NCBI RefSeq assembly: GCF_018350175.1
Contig: NC_058368.1
Coordinates: 223,078,001 to 223,142,000, forward strand
DNA length: 64,000 nt
Direction of reading: 5' to 3'
Source: Felis catus
Taxonomy: Eukaryota
The position numbers were made by a program, and so were the translations under genes. Shown one piece after another: positions 37,250-52,022 of the stretch. The number at the start of each line of letters is the position of its first letter. Within the stretch, counting starts at the first letter, position 1. The notes under the pieces were generated by a model. It was not told where the DNA came from and made no database searches. It worked only from the letters and a program-made list of their open reading frames with translations.

Positions 37250-39049
37250 TAATGCTAGAAATTTTATAGAAGAAATATCCCATAAACTGAATTTACTCTC
37301 ATCACAATTACATTGAAAAATATCTTCATAACAGTAGGCTATTTAACATTATTGGACAAAAATTAGTAAGAATGGATTTCAGATTCGTAATTTTTAGCAT
37401 TCCATACAACCTTTATTATTAAGAGACTAAATCGTGCCTTGGGAATAAGCCACAAAGTAGGAAAAGAATTTTATTCCCTAGTATATGAGAAAAAAAACTT
37501 TCTCTTGCTTCCAATCGTAATCACACTTGCCACAATTAAGAAAATATATGTAATGTATTTTGATCATGTCTTTAGCTTTTCCTAGATCATAAGCAAGTGT
37601 GGTAAAGTCAAAGTGCATTTTTATTACAAAACTCTGTTGCCTTTTTCTGACTTAAGCTCCTTTCGTAAAATATAGATGACTACAGAGAATGAACGCATTG
37701 CCCATGATACTTCAACCAAAAAAGGAAAATTAAGGCATGGTTTCCAAAGAACTAAATGCCAGACTACGTCCTGACAGTCATAGGTTAAAAATAAGACTGC
37801 CTTGGTTAGAATCTGTAATTATTTTGTGTTATTTTGGTTGGTAAGGGACTGTCATTATTCTGCTTAACTGGCATTTCACCCATACTCTACTTGAACTGAC
37901 TATGGCTAAGCATTAACCTTCTTACTGACCTTAAGACAAAAATATAATCTGAAGCATCATGCAGTATCTTAATATATCTGTCCGAAAAAAAAAAAAAACC
38001 TTTCAGAATGAAGCAATATTTTGGATTATAAGATATTTAGCTCATAAAAGTATATAAATGTGTACTTAATGATGTATATAAAGCACTAAATGTCCCCATT
38101 TACATTTCAGAAATAAAAATGTGAATTAAAACATTTGTAAACCACTGAATTCTTATCCTCACCTAACACATGATTATACTTATCTGCTCAGAAATTCAGA
38201 GCATGTATATAGTTAGGAGAAACTACCACTAATACTCTGACTTTTTGTTGTACATCCATGTTTTTCAAGTTGCAAGGGCCCTAAGAGTCACAGCATGATG
38301 AAACCAAAGAAAACTGTACAACAGGATCACCATTTAGCATTTAAAAAATAAAAAATAATAAATATTAAAGAAAAGAGCAATAGAAAGCCATATAAGGAAA
38401 AAAATCCCCAAGCTTCAATTCACCCAGAGGCCAACTTCTAATATTTTCTCTATCTTAAAGGTGGATTACACTCAAGTCCATAAATAAGAGGCTATGTACC
38501 ACTATTTTTTCATTAATCAACTTTATTATTTATTCACTTCTTGTCTTGACGGAAGACTCCACTCCTATTCCACACTCATTTTTCTTCCCTTTCATGGTTT
38601 TAATCATTGTCACTATTTTTTCTTAGTTATATTTTCAACTTTATGTAGTTAAATTTGTTTTTCTTATTTCTAATGTTTTAATAGTATCTCTTCTCTTGAC
38701 CTCCTGTAAGTTGAGTATGTCTTTGCTCCTGACTTTGTGTCCAGTTCTGATCTCTTCCCTGCTTTTAGTAGACTTGCAAACCAAAGGCTTCCTATAAGAA
38801 TGAAAACGTTAGTAACATTTCCAATCTTTACTGAATTAAGTTTCACGTGTGGCTTTAGGTGCGTAGTAAAAATCGACCAAGATGTGTAGTACAAGTACAC
38901 AAATACACAAATATTACCATGGAGCCATTGTAGACAGGTGCTGTTCAAAGGAGATTCTTCTCTGGGCAACATACGATATGTGGTTTGTTTGTGTATTTCA
39001 CAATGTATTCTAAAGTTTGTTATATTTTAACATTTCCTGTATTTGAGTC

Positions 39050-39270
39050 ATTTATTTATTTATTTTTAACATTTATTCAGTTTTGAGAGACAGAGAGAGA
39101 CAGAGTGTGAGTGGGAGTGGCAGAGAGAGAGGGAGACACAGAATCTGAAGCGGGCTCCAGGCTCTGAGCTGTCAACTCAGAGCCCAACACAGAGCTCGAA
39201 CTCACAAACCATGAGAACATGACCTGAGCCAAAGACAGTCACTTAACCAACTTACCCACCCAGGCACCCC
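39050..39270 (-). mobile_element. SINEC_Fc-type SINE
   Basis: Typical body. Confidence 0.93.
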
Positions 39271-39999
39271 CAAATCATTAATTTTTTGTAAGGCTTTTTG
39301 GTGGTTCTTGTAGATCTTATGACTTTACTGTCTTGGTGAAACTCTAGGTCAAGTTTTACAGCCGTGATAGCTCTGATACCCTAAGTTCTAGCATAGTCTT
39401 TGAGAACTCCCCACTCCATTGTATTTCGTGACTGACTTTTACTTATACATCTATGATTTTATTTTACACTATCAGTGTTTTTGCCTTGTAAAATTGCCAC
39501 TTAATCATTCCTACGTATATTTCCTATCAGCTTACAGTACAGCTATAATGATAGAAGAAATATTATATGAAAAGATTCCTTGAGTACATCACACTTTATT
39601 AGCAAATAAACTGATTTATATTCTCTTTATACCAATATAAATAGTTTGCATTGAAAAATGCAGACACTATAGGGTATATTTTATTTGCAAATCAATTCTG
39701 CTTTGAATTTTTATCCTACTCATATCCCTATTGTATTTAAAGGGAGCTGGTGAAAAAGAAAACAAATAATATACAACTGTTAAAAACAAAACAACAAAAC
39801 TTTTCAGTTGTGTTACTGAAAAGTACAAGCATGTCAACATTCATGTAGAAGAAGTTGCTAAGTATTTTGATACTAAATCAGAAGATTTACTTAACTTCTA
39901 TAGATCAGATCAACACTAGGGACCAGAAATGTGTGCCTTCTGGATATTCCTTATCAACTAATCACCTATTAGTAACCAGGGGAATATTTGTACAATAAA

Positions 40000-40210
40000 G
40001 AGCCAACTGGAATTCAAAATCTTGCTTAGTCATTGAATTACTGCTGTTACTTCTTGCGCATTTCCTTAAACTCTGAGACCCCCCAGGCCCACATCAGAAA
40101 AATGGTTGTAATAATACCTATGCTTTTAGGTTATACTGAAATCCCAATGTAATAAATATTATAAATGATCTCATAGTATGAACTCAACATTTATATTCAA
40201 CATTATTATT
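40000..40210 (+). mobile_element. Probable MIR
   Basis: ttccttaaactctgag...aaaaatggttgtaataatacctat MIR-core-like motif. Confidence 0.55.
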
Positions 40211-40510
40211 ACTTAAAGAGGGTAGTGTCTATTATCACACCAATTTTTTTTCAAAACCTATGCATTTATGAGGCTGCATTCCTCAACCTGGTTTTATGAT
40301 ACACAAAATCATGTGCAAGCACTTTGAGTGCATCACCAAGTATTAATTCACTTGACTTGTTTCTCCTTTGGCAACTGATGTACTTAAAATATAGCACAAT
40401 TCATAATGCTAAAAAGAATATAGACTTATACCCTATTGTTTATTTTTCTCACATCCACTAATTTCAGAAATTAATCTTTTTAAGAAAAAGCTCAATTTTT
40501 TTAAGTTTAT

Positions 40511-40722
40511 TTTTTTTAATTTTTTTAACGTTTATTTATTTTTGAGACAGAGACAGCATGAATGGGGGGAGGGTCAGAGAGAAGGAGGCACAGAATCTGA
40601 AACAGGCTCCAGGCTCCAAGCTGTCAGCACAGAGCCTGATGTGGGGCTCAAACTCATGGACCGCGAGATCGTGACCTGAGCCGAAGTCGGCCACTTAACC
40701 AACTGAGCCACCCAGGCACCCC
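40511..40722 (-). mobile_element. Young SINEC_Fc inserted in the tail of an older SINE
   Basis: Typical body. TSD AGTTTATTT. Confidence 0.93.
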
Positions 40723-40895
40723 TAGTTTATTTATTTATTGAGAGAGAGCAACAGTGGGGAAGGGAGAGAGAATCCCAAGCCGGCTCTACTCTGTCGGCGC
40801 AGAGCCAGACCTGGGGCTCAATCATAGGAACTTGAGATCATGTCCTGAACCAAAATCAAGTCAGTCACTTAGCTGACTGAGCCACCCAGGTGCCC
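40723..40895 (-). mobile_element. Older CanSINE
   Basis: gagagaatcccaagc...ctgagccacccaggtgcccc. Confidence 0.9.
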
Positions 40896-41899
40896 CCAAA
40901 GATTAAAGTTTTAATAAATATTCAGGTGAGAAGTTTTCAGTGGCTAGAAAACATTAAAAATACTTGGAATTCATTTTAATGTTAACAAAAACTATCATGT
41001 AAGCCCTGATTGGCCATGGTGTTGAAAAACTTTTCATAAATTGTACTTTGAAATCACTTAATACTAAGAGAGACCCTGGGACAAAGTCCCAATAGACACT
41101 CTTGGTTTTAGGTAATTAATGCCCTAAGCTAGATTTGATGATTTTTAAAGCTTAAGAAAATAATACGGCACTACAATTTGTTAAAAGAGTATCAAAGATT
41201 TAATGAAATACTTAGGAAGCCGTTGAAATCCAATTAGGACTATCTGTGGAAACGGGACTTTTCACTTCTGTAAGGTTGACAGTAAATATTTATTTTGTGA
41301 GTGATAGTTGCTAATACTCTGCTTCCTAATTGCTTTCCTCTATTGAGTAGCAAACTCAAAATCAGTTTGAAGAAATTGTGCTTTTCAAACTTTAACAATA
41401 GACCATTTGAAAGCAAACATTTGCTCACTTGAGAGCTACAGTTCTCGTTTAAATTACTTTGAATTTAGGTTAACAAGACTGCAAACCTTTGTTTCCGATA
41501 TGTGTTCCAGTAGCTGTGCAATTTAAAAACATATTTCTCCCACCTCTTTCAAGGATTTCCCTATCTCTTTATATAGTAATTTCTATTCTTATATTTCATA
41601 ATGAACATAGTGCTAGGATGCTTTAAAATTCAAAAAATAATTTCACATGTATTATCCAGTGGCTATTTGTTCTTTTCTTTATAAAACACATATTTCTGGT
41701 GAATCATTTTCTCTTCAGGATTTGTAGATTCTCTTCAGATCATTTTTACCACAAAATATAGCATCGTACATGCATTCTTATTTATGGCCCCTCCGCCATT
41801 TGTTTTATTGGTTGAATACAATCCTTTCTAATTCCAAGGTCTTCCTACATTGGTCCCTCTTGCTTTTTAACATTACCTAGATACTACATTATTCTCATC

Positions 41900-43310
41900 A
41901 ACATATCAAGATGCTAAACATATAGACATTTCCCTTTTTCCTTGTTTCCATATCCTGCTTTATCTATTCCATTTTCCTCCTACTCTTCCTTATAGCAAAA
42001 CATTTTTCATTGTTATCTATATCCTCTTCCATTCCTTTCTGAACAAACAACAATAAGCTTTCTTTCCCAGGAATCTGACAAAGCTTCTGGCTAAAAGCAC
42101 TGAAATCCAACAGTTCATTCTTTCTCACTGTCTTCTTGAACCTGTTCATGACATTTGGTTTGTGTTGATTCCTCATCTTTGACTTGCTTTTGCTTGAACC
42201 CCGGCATATTCTTCTCCCACCTCACTGCTAATTCTGTCTCTTTTATATATCTTCTTTGAAATCTAGTCTTATAAATGTTTTGTTTCCAAATACGTAGTGA
42301 TATTTATCTCTGATTCTGACACCCCCCCCCCCAGGTTACAGGTCATGCTCCAATCATCTTAGATATCTCCACTGGGATGTCAAAACTATTACATCTAAAA
42401 CTTAATTATTTCTCACACCCATGATTGACCCCCTTTTCCCTAAGGCTTTCCCATCTCAATAGATGCAGTAGATTTATAACAATATAGATTTAGAAAAATA
42501 TCAAAGTATGATGTTAAGAAACATTTATAGCAGCAAGTGGGGGTAATTCTGATAGAGAAAATTCCATTCTTCCAGTTACTAAAGGCAGAAAACAAGATGT
42601 CATCATGAACTCTTGTGTTTCTTTCAACCCCCACATTAATCTGTCAATAAATTCCATGGGCTCTTTCTTGAAAATATGTTCAGATTGTTACTGCTGCTTA
42701 CTATTGCCCCAGAAATCCACTATATTTAAGTTACTCTAATTTCTACCTTGGACCCTTGAAATAGTATCCTAGCCTTTTGACCTCTACTGTCTCTGCTAAA
42801 CGGTCTATTTTTCACACAAGAACTAGGGTGTGTTTGTTTTTGAAATTTAATTATAATCATATCCTTGTTCAATATCACCAAAACCCTTCACATACCAAAT
42901 TGTACTATATCAAATCCAATGTCTTTAAAAGGTCTGCAATGGCCCACAACCTACCTTCTGTCTTATACTCTCATTGCTCAGAATATCTTCCTCCAGTCAC
43001 TCTGGACTTTTTCTTGAAGATATTAAGGATGTCTCTACCCTAGGGCCTCATGTTCTCTGTTCACTCTGGCTTATTTATTCTTTCCTATATGATTAGCTTC
43101 TCTTTTTACATGTCTCTGTCCAAATGTTTTCCCCTAGGTGAGATTGTCTTGACAACATTATCTAAAAAGCATCAACCTCAACTAGCCCTCCCACTACCTC
43201 CTTATTTTTTTATTTTCTTCAGAATATTGATGGTATTCTGTTTCTTCATAGCACATGAAATATATGTCTCCCCACACTAAAAAGTGAGATTCCTGGTATT
43301 AGAGACTACC
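41900..43310 (+). mobile_element. Ancient L2 fragment(s)
   Basis: L2 3'-region motifs atctccactgggatgtc, ttcccatctcaatagatg, cattcttccagttact and tgtctccccacactaaaaagtgagattcct. Confidence 0.7.
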
Positions 43311-44094
43311 TCACTAATTATCTGTTAATTGATTAAAAAGTAGTAATTTTTAGTAGTGATTGCTTCTAGAGAGAAATTAGAAAAAGGGAGAATTGAATTG
43401 TATACATCATCTAGGGTCACATGGGCTGTTTGGTAATTGCCAATACTACGAAGTATTTTTAGTGTTGAGGAAGATTCTTGGACTATGTGTGACATTATTT
43501 CTAAACATATCTCCAGGCCTGATTAGACAGAATGTAATTTAATGTCCCTTCTAAAGATATGATTTTACGAACAAGATCTGCTGGTGTTATTAAATGGCTA
43601 ATTTAAGAAGTGCCTAATACAAAATAAATCAGTCATCCAGATGAGTATAAGTATAGTGAAGTCTGGATCTTAAATAATCTGCAGTTCTAAATGCTTTGTG
43701 TTTCTCATTTCTACATGACCTTAATTCCTTTCAAAGATGAAGTGATTATAACTTGGGCAGAGGGGGGCCATCTCTTGACCTATGATACAGTCGTGCCATA
43801 TGACTATTATATACTTAAAATTGGAATTTATAAAGTCATGAAGGCCAATTCATCATCCGCCTGGGGAATTCTCTGCTGTTACTTTTCTCACATTTGCTGC
43901 TTCTGGTGAAAGCACTGTGTGGCACAGTGGCAGATGTTGATGTGGCATGATGAGCTCTGAAAAGCCCCCAGAACTAAAAACAATTGCTCCATCAACAGCT
44001 GGAAATGGTGCTTTGAACTGTCAGATCCAGGGAGGGCAGAGTGAGAAATAAAGAGAAGGAGGTGAAGGGAAGTGACCCGGAAGGTAGCAAGGTA

Positions 44095-44290
44095 AGATGG
44101 GGTGTTGAATCTGATGATCTAACTTGAATTCTGGCTCTCCATCTTCGCTGCTGTTATGAATCTAGCTAAGTGAGTCACCTTCCCTGAAACACAATTTCCC
44201 TTTTGGTTACCGGGTATTATAATATTTCCTCTTCCTAAGTGGCTGCTATGTGGGTAAATGATCTAAAGCACGAAGGATGTAAGGAACGTC
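44095..44290 (+). mobile_element. Probable MIR
   Basis: aacttgaattctggctctccatcttcgctgctgttatgaatctagctaagtgagtcaccttccctgaaacacaatttcc MIR core. Confidence 0.65.
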
Positions 44291-44608
44291 ATTGGTGTTG
44301 GCTAGTACAGAGACAAGAATTTAAGGAGGACGCAGTGAACTTAAGGTGTTTTCCTTATCATTATTTGTCAGCTTACTCAAAGCCTTTTCATTTGCTTTAT
44401 GCCTACAAGGAGGATTATTTTATCCCTGCTGAAGAATTTCAGGGCACTAGAACTGTCTTGCCTGAAACAAAAGTTTGACAGTTAACATTGACTATTAATA
44501 TTAGGCTTTGTGAAACTATTGCGTTTACAAGTGTTATATTAGCACTTTCAGACCGATCACCTGAGTCATGAGGAAAGGTATACACGGGGCATTAAAAGCT
44601 TGCTCCAT

Positions 44609-44812
44609 GGGGCACCTGCGTGGCTCAGTGGGTTACGCTTCAGACTCTTGATTTCCTCAGGTCATGATCTCATGGTTCCATTCACGGGATGGAGGCCCAC
44701 ATAGGGATCTGTGCTGACAGCAGGAAGCCTGCATGGGATTCTTTCTCTCCCTTTCTTTTTTTTCCCCCTCTCCTGCTCACTCCTGCACATGCTCACTCAT
44801 TCTCTCGTTCGT

Positions 44813-44861
<49 letters not shown>

Positions 44862-44888
44862 ATAATAAATAAACTTAAGAAAAAAAAA
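44609..44888 (+). mobile_element. CanSINE with a long (CT)n tract
   Basis: Typical head and tail. Flanking repeat TGCTCCATG. Confidence 0.92.
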
Positions 44889-45426
44889 AGAGCCTGCTCC
44901 ATGACCTGTGTGCTTCTCCCACTCTAGGGAAAGGAATATAGCATAAACCCAAAGAAAAATCCTGGCATTTGAAAGGGCTCTTTCCAAGATTCTTCCTTTT
45001 TTCATAGCAAGCCAAATTGCCTGTGTTATGATTACATGCCACTTGAAATAGCACAAAAAGCAATGTTGTAAAGAGAATCTTCCTTTCAAGTAAAAATGGC
45101 ACAGAATTAGTCCGAATCTGGTATGAAGCTCCAAGTGTGTCCTAACTCAGGTTCTCATTCCCAGGACATTGCTCTTAACCTGGCCCTAGGAGTTTAGAAG
45201 TTCTAGGCCACCAGTAGCCTTCCATCCATCACTTCCCACAAGCTGAAGAGAAAGGTTTAAGGAGAGACACCACACCCTCTCATTAACAACCACTACTGCA
45301 TATTATATATACTATTTAAACCTAACCTTTTTCCAGAAATGTTCACATGTCTATACGTAGCTTTAAGAGAGGATGGAAAATATAATCTGTATTCTTAGGT
45401 GCCATGTACTTAACAACAACAACAAA

Positions 45427-45457
45427 ATATATATATATATATATATATTTTTTTTTG

Positions 45458-45499
<42 letters not shown>
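45427..45499. repeat. Interrupted (TA)n microsatellite
   Basis: Two TA runs separated by ttttttttgcc. Confidence 0.93.
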
Positions 45500-45501
<2 letters not shown>

Positions 45502-47113
45502 CAATGGCTTAGTGGCTATAGGGAGACAATAGACAATCTGGCAATCTCAACCATATATCCTAATTTCTTATAAGAAAATAAGAGCAAATTAATTTCCTTA
45601 ATATTAAAAGAAGTGCCAGGTTTTGGTGAGTTCAGCAAATTTCCTAACATTTTAAATATAAAAAAATAAAATCATAATTATAATTTCTGCAATACTGACT
45701 TAGGTAGTACTGACTTACAGGGATGGAGACCTAACTCCAATCCAAGGTTTTTTCCTTATTCAATTGAGAGTTTTCAAGGCAGAGGTAACATAACATCTTC
45801 ACCACAGTGTAACTCCAAGAGGAATTTTTGTATTTTTAGAAAGAGTTACCAAGTGAATATAAGGCTCAGCTGCCTCATTTTCTCTTTGGTTAAATTGACC
45901 TTAATTCTGCTTTTGCAAAATTAGTATATGGGAGCTAAATATGTGGGTGAACAGCACATAATTAGGCCAGTCACACTTAGAATGTATAGGAGGTGAAACA
46001 GATGTGCATAACTATTCATGTCTATTACAATCATTCCCAGGGCATATCACAATAAAGAACCTTCTCCTACCAACCTTATTTTATTCCTATAGTTATTTCT
46101 ATCAATCTTTCTCTAACTTTCAAACATTCCTAAAGACATGAATCGTGTGTTAACCATCTTTGTGGTCACCATCACGCTAGGTATATTGAATTCCAAGTAA
46201 ATAGGCATTTAATGTTACTCTGCTTTTCATAAAAAGACAATGAGAAAGGATTTGGGGTTAAAAAACATCTTTTTTTTAAATACATGTGATTGTGAACATA
46301 TGCAGTCAACAAGCGTACTTATTAATAAATTTATTAACTAATCTGTATAGGGATTTAAAATCTATATGTGATTCCCTTCACTGGCTAACTGACATTTCTC
46401 CAAATGTGGCATCAACTAAGAGAAGAAATGTTTTCATACGTGGAGAATAAGCATAGAGTAACTAGAGGGAACTTCCATAAAATTTAGTTTTAGGGAGTTG
46501 AATAAATGGCATAGATATCAAAGCAAGGACATTTTGATTTTTAGTGTGTTTTATCACACTGACTCAGAGGAGGGAAAATCCACTGTCTGTTTCATGTACT
46601 TATTTAAAACTGTACTGCCTAGATTCCTGTTACCAGGTCTTAAAATTAAAGAGATCAGCATTCAGAGATTTCAACTGCTTTATAAGTAAATTGACTTTTG
46701 GAGACTGGCCTAAAGACACAGCTACCCTTTATTATGCTGTCAGTATGGAGATATTGATTTCTAAGTTCTACACAATTCATTTACAAATGTGATGTCATAA
46801 TAATAGAAACAGAGCACCAGGGAAGTTTGGACCGTTACTGCTCTACACAGTTATGCCTTGTCCAATGGGTGAATGACAGTGAGAATCTAGTCTCCATTCT
46901 CTCTTAGGTTCAGTGTCCCGATGTGTGTCCACAGTAGGAGGAGGAATAAATGCTCTTGTGTAATACCTTCAAATAGATGTTTTCGGTAATTCCCATAAAG
47001 GTAGAGATATGAGATTGTTAAATTATAATGGAGACAGAAGAAACAGAAAAGAAAGCAAGAAGATGATCTCAGCTCTCATGGGAAAAAGCAGGTCAACTAT
47101 GGTGGCCCTAAAT

Positions 47114-47329
47114 GAGTAGTTCTCAACCAGGGGAAGATTTCAGCCCCCCCCCCCCGGGGGGACATTTGGCAATGTTGGCAGACATTACTAATTGTCATAA
47201 CTGAGGGGTTGCCACTGGCATCTGGTAAGTAAAAGCCAAATGTGCTGCTAAACATTCCAGAATGTACAGGGAAGCTTCCCACATCAAAGAATGAGCCAAA
47301 CTGAAATGCTAATAGTCTGATGATACCCT
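47114..47329 (+). mobile_element. MER20 (hAT-Charlie DNA transposon)
   Basis: agtagttctcaaccagggg...ggacatttggcaatgt...ctggcatctggta...gctgctaaacattccagaatgtacagg matches MER20 as recalled. CCCTAAATG is repeated at both ends. Confidence 0.88.
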
Positions 47330-47646
47330 AAATGAACACATACACTATTTTATTTTTTAAAGAGTATGAAATATTAAGAAGGAATGAAAGTTTGTCAAAG
47401 GGAGATCATCTCTAAAATCAAATTTCTTCTGATGTGTTTTTCCTGAAAATTAAATATTTTCTTATTGTAGTCATTATTTCATGCTGTTAAGTAAGCTGTC
47501 ATGTTGTTTTTATGTGAAAGAAAAAAGTCTCCTGGTTCCAAGCTTTTTCTTTCTCAAAAAGTAGCAAGTTTTATCTGATTTGAAGTATGCCATTTTCTCA
47601 GATTGCTTTATAAATAAGAAATCTAATCTTGTGACAATTTTCTTAT

Positions 47647-47650
<4 letters not shown>

Positions 47651-47696
<46 letters not shown>

Positions 47697-47699
47697 ACA
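47651..47699. repeat. (CA)n microsatellite
   Basis: Visible tandem AC run. Confidence 0.95.
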
Positions 47700-48205
47700 T
47701 ACATATATGAAACTCTTGACTGAATTTCAGAAGTTCCAGATAAGGAAGTCACAGGATGCTGTCCAGAGATTATTTTTTTAGTCCCAGTTATATAAATATA
47801 ATAAATGGTAGAATAATAATTATGTAACAAAGAATTTTAATTCAGTTTTTATTATGTTTTATTTATCCATAGTCAGAGGGATACTCCTCACCCTGGATCA
47901 TGAAGCAAAATAACAAAACAAAAACAAAACAAAACAAAAAAAGGAAATATTGGCCAAAGAAAGCATAATTTTGCATTAGAATCAGAATGGATGAGTACTC
48001 ATGAGCCTTGAACTCTGGCTGACTCTGTTCACAACTTCACTCCTGAATCAATGCTGGTGATACATCCATAAATGTGTACCTCAGATGTCTAAACATCTCA
48101 ACTTGTGTTGCCATAAAGCATAGAATGCTTCTTGCTATTTAAATAGCAAATGGATATGGTATTACAGCTAGAATTCTGCTTCGAATAATACCAATGATCT
48201 CTTAC

Positions 48206-48311
48206 CATGTATTCTATTGCTTGCTTGGTTATCTTCAACAGAATTATTATTCTGTCTCTTCTCATCTGCAAAATGTTGTCTAATGTGCTGGCTTTGTGAC
48301 TGCTGACTCAT
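48206..48311 (-). CDS. Putative internal exon (106 nt): MSQQSQSQHIRQHFADEKRQNNNSVEDNQASNRIH(E)
   Basis: Acceptor catatcctttcAG|ATG and donor ATG|GTAAGA. Only the phase 0-1 frame is open (part of ORF 48168..48428). Confidence 0.65.
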
Positions 48312-50228
48312 CTGAAAGGATATGACAGTATTATGCCAGCAGTTAAGATCGATTTTCTGTTTAAAACAAAATAATGAGTTCCTCAAAATTTTTAAAAGTA
48401 CATTTAGATAGTGGGACAGTGCCGGCATCTCCGATCATTCTCACATTTTCATCTTGCACCTTTTCACGTGAACATTATCTACATTGTTTTATCACATAGG
48501 CCAAGCAGCTTGATTTTCTTTTTCTCAGAAAAGGGAAAGAAAACCACATCCTGAGCTGTTCAGTCATTTCAAAAAACAAATTTTATATTTTCAAGTCATT
48601 GAATTAGAGAAAAGAAATGTATGCGATGTTAGCTATCTGAGGGACACAAGTCACTCAAATAATATTCACATTAAAGACTTCTAAACCCTAGGTTTGATTT
48701 TTAAATCAAGTTTTCATATTTAATTTTCATCAAGATGAAAAGGATGGTAATACACCAGTAAGAACTAAACCACTGTGAATCAAATATGTCTGTTTAGGCC
48801 CCAATGCTGTATCGTGTAAAGATGACTCAGAAACATAGTGCAGTAGCATTGTATCATGATTCTACAAACCAGGCAAGACATCATGAGGAACATTGAAATG
48901 TTTATAGACTGTTCACAGTTTAGAAGGAAAGACGTGAAAAACCCACATTTTAGAATCCTGTTGCTAGGGCTCCTCAATGGGAAAATTGGTATAGTGGCTT
49001 GTGATCACGCACACACTATTCAAAGTCTCTATCCCTCACTTTCCTAAAAAGATGTTACCTTCTCCAAAGGTGAAATGAGATGATGAATGAGTAACATCAG
49101 CTCATAGTGCCCTACTCATAGCACATGCTTAATGAATGCTTGATGAATCTGGGAGTAACGTTTAACAGAAGTATGTGCAGTGATGTGATTTCATCGTGTA
49201 AAGGATATTTAAATATCCACTGCCCCAGTCTCCCAGTGGCTACTGATCTCTTTTTTTTATCTCCCAGAAGGCAGAAGAGCAACTGCTGATCCTGTCTTTA
49301 ATAAGGAGTTTGCCATGCTAGGAGGCAACCTATTTCATAAGGACTGCCTTCCTGGGATCCCATTAACTCTAACATTTAAGAATGTCCCCTTTGAATGAAC
49401 AGTAAGCACTGTTTCCTAAATTGTTCATTGAAGCTAAAAAAAGAACTTTTTCTTCAGGATTCCTTTCATATATTGGAAGAGTACAAGCATACCCATCCTG
49501 ATGCTTTTCTTTATTTTGAAATAAAACATCTTTATTTCCTTCCTGACAAATTTCAGAATGCTATAGGCCTGCTTACTTTCAGATTCAAAGCCCTCTTCAT
49601 ACACAACACGTTTTAGTAGACACAGCTTTTCATTTGTTCTAAGTCCCATATAAGTGTCTTTTATTTCCCTATCTTGAGCTCTTCAATCTTTTCTGCCTGC
49701 ATCTATTCTTGTTTTCATTTGGTTTTGTTAATTTTTTTAGCCACACGCCCCTTCTGGGCCTTATTAACTGGGATATCTAGAGAAATGTTTTAAGAAATTA
49801 TACAATGGCATATTAGTGAGTTGTCCAAAACAACATGGAAAACCTTCAGGGTTCTGTCCTCTAAAAGCTTTGAGTGAGGCAGCCCCAAAGACTGGAACCT
49901 GGTTCCTCCTCCTCCTCCCTCTCCATCTGGTTCTCTTTCTCCTTCATTTCTTCTTTTTAAGCTATCATTTAAAATTTATTGAGGTTGTATTATCTACTAG
50001 GCTGAATAATTTACCTTTGTCATCCTATTTAATCTTTACAACCAAAGACGAAGTCATTAGTTTTCTGTTATGCAAAGAGGCTGATAGAGAGGTTGTCCGT
50101 AGCTTATGCACTTCACCAGATGGAAGTCAGGGGCCAGTAACTTTGGGGCACACCCTTTGAAAACAGTTGTGCCCTTAATTTATTGCACTTTTTGAGACCT
50201 GTACTTCTTTCTGATACTGATAAGAATT

Positions 50229-50467
50229 CTTTTTTTAATTTTTTTTAAAGATTTAAACAAAATTAATATTTGTTTATTTTTGAGACAGACAGAGAGTGAG
50301 CAGGGAAGGGGCAGAGAGACAGGAGACACAGAATCTGAAGCAGGCTCCAGGCTCTGAGCCATCAGCACAGAGCCTGACATGAGGCTCAGACTCATGAACC
50401 CCAAGATCATGACCTGAGCCAAAATCAAGAGTCGTATACTTAATGGACTGAGCCACCCAGGTGCCCC
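50229..50467 (-). mobile_element. CanSINE
   Basis: Typical body. Confidence 0.93.
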
Positions 50468-51244
50468 TTAATGACTTTCTAACATACTGTCTTGAAGGCC
50501 AAAATACTAAAAATACCCTTCATCTCTCAAATCTCAACCAAAAATAACTTCAGTTACAACACAGAGCAAACCAGAGGAAAAAAGTACTCAACCACAAAAC
50601 TTTATCCAGTTATAAAGTGAAATCAGGAACAATCCGAAAAATCCAAGGTTATTAGAGAAGATTAGAAATGGCATCAGGGCCTACTTGAGTTTGGTGACCA
50701 ATTCTATCACTATCAGTAAGTTTCAGTAAATATTTCTGAGACTGATTATCTTAGGGAAAAAAAACAACAACCTTTGTGTTCTAATATCTGCAAAGTTTCT
50801 CACAATGCCTGGTATTGTTAAGAAAATAAACTATAATAAAATCCAGCATATAATAGGTCACATGAGAATGCTAGGAACACAGCAGCCAGAATAGGCTACC
50901 CCATGCGATGGTTAACAATCCCATAAATTCAAGGGCTCATAGTATACAATTTATGTCTGACTAATGCTGTGTGTCTGTTGTAACTTGGCGGGGAATTTTA
51001 CTCATTGTAATTACTGAAGAGCTGATGATGACAGACAGTCTTCTGACACGATCATCTAATTGCTAAGGAGTTAAAAAGAAAAGGGGGAAGGTGGGTCTAT
51101 GTTCAATTGTATGATGGATCTTAAGGTTTCCACATGGGAGCAATTAGTGGACTTGCATTCATTGGCCATGAAATACATTCTATATGGCTTATAGGTTTTA
51201 CTACAAGGTTCCTGAAAGGAGCAGTAAAGAGTAAATGTTGATCC

Positions 51245-51674
51245 ATATATTAGACCTCTCCAGAGAAACAGAGCCAATAGGGTGTGCCTGTTATGTGTAT
51301 GCATTATGTGTGTATAGAAAGAGACTCATTATAAGAAATTGGCTCACATGAGTATAGAGGTAGAGAAGTCCAAATCCAGGAACGCCAATGGTATAGTCCA
51401 GTCCAAGTCCAAAGATAAGAGACAGGGTTAAAGCTTGAAGATAATTAGACGAAGACAAATACTTCCTTCTTAGTCTTTTATTCTATTCAGACCTTCAACA
51501 GATGGGGTGAGGCCCACTCACTATGGGGAGAGCAATCTGTTTAATTCAGTCTACCAATTCAGATGTCAATCTCATCCAGAAACATCTTCATAGATACATC
51601 CAGAAATAATGTTTAAGCCATTATCCGGGCACCCTGTGGCCCAGTTAAGTTGACATATGCCATTAACCATTATA
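51245..51674 (-). mobile_element. MLT2-type solo LTR (ERVL)
   Basis: tctccagagaaacagagccaatagg, aagaaattggctcacatg and gcccagttaagttgacatatgccattaaccat are antisense MLT2 hallmarks. Confidence 0.85.
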
Positions 51675-51796
51675 AGTGTCTCCAAAGCACTGTAATTTTG
51701 GAATACATATGGGGGGTTTGCAAAAAACAAAAACAGAAACCAAAAAAAAAACCCATAAAATACAATGATTTTAAATACAAAATGGAAAGATAGTGC

Positions 51797-52022
51797 ATTT
51801 TTATTTTTTTTTATTATTTTTAATGTTTGTTTATTTTTGAGAGAGGGAAACAGAGCACGGATGGGGGAGGAGCAGAGAGAGAGAGGGAGACACAATCTGA
51901 AGCAGGCTCCAGGTTCCACGCTGTCAGCACAGAACCTGATGTGGGGCCCAAACTCATGAACCATGAGGTCATGACCTGAGCCAAAGTTGGACACTTAACC
52001 AATTGAGTCACCCAGGTGCCCC
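51797..52022 (-). mobile_element. SINEC_Fc-type SINE
   Basis: Typical body. TSD AGTGCATTTTT. Confidence 0.94.
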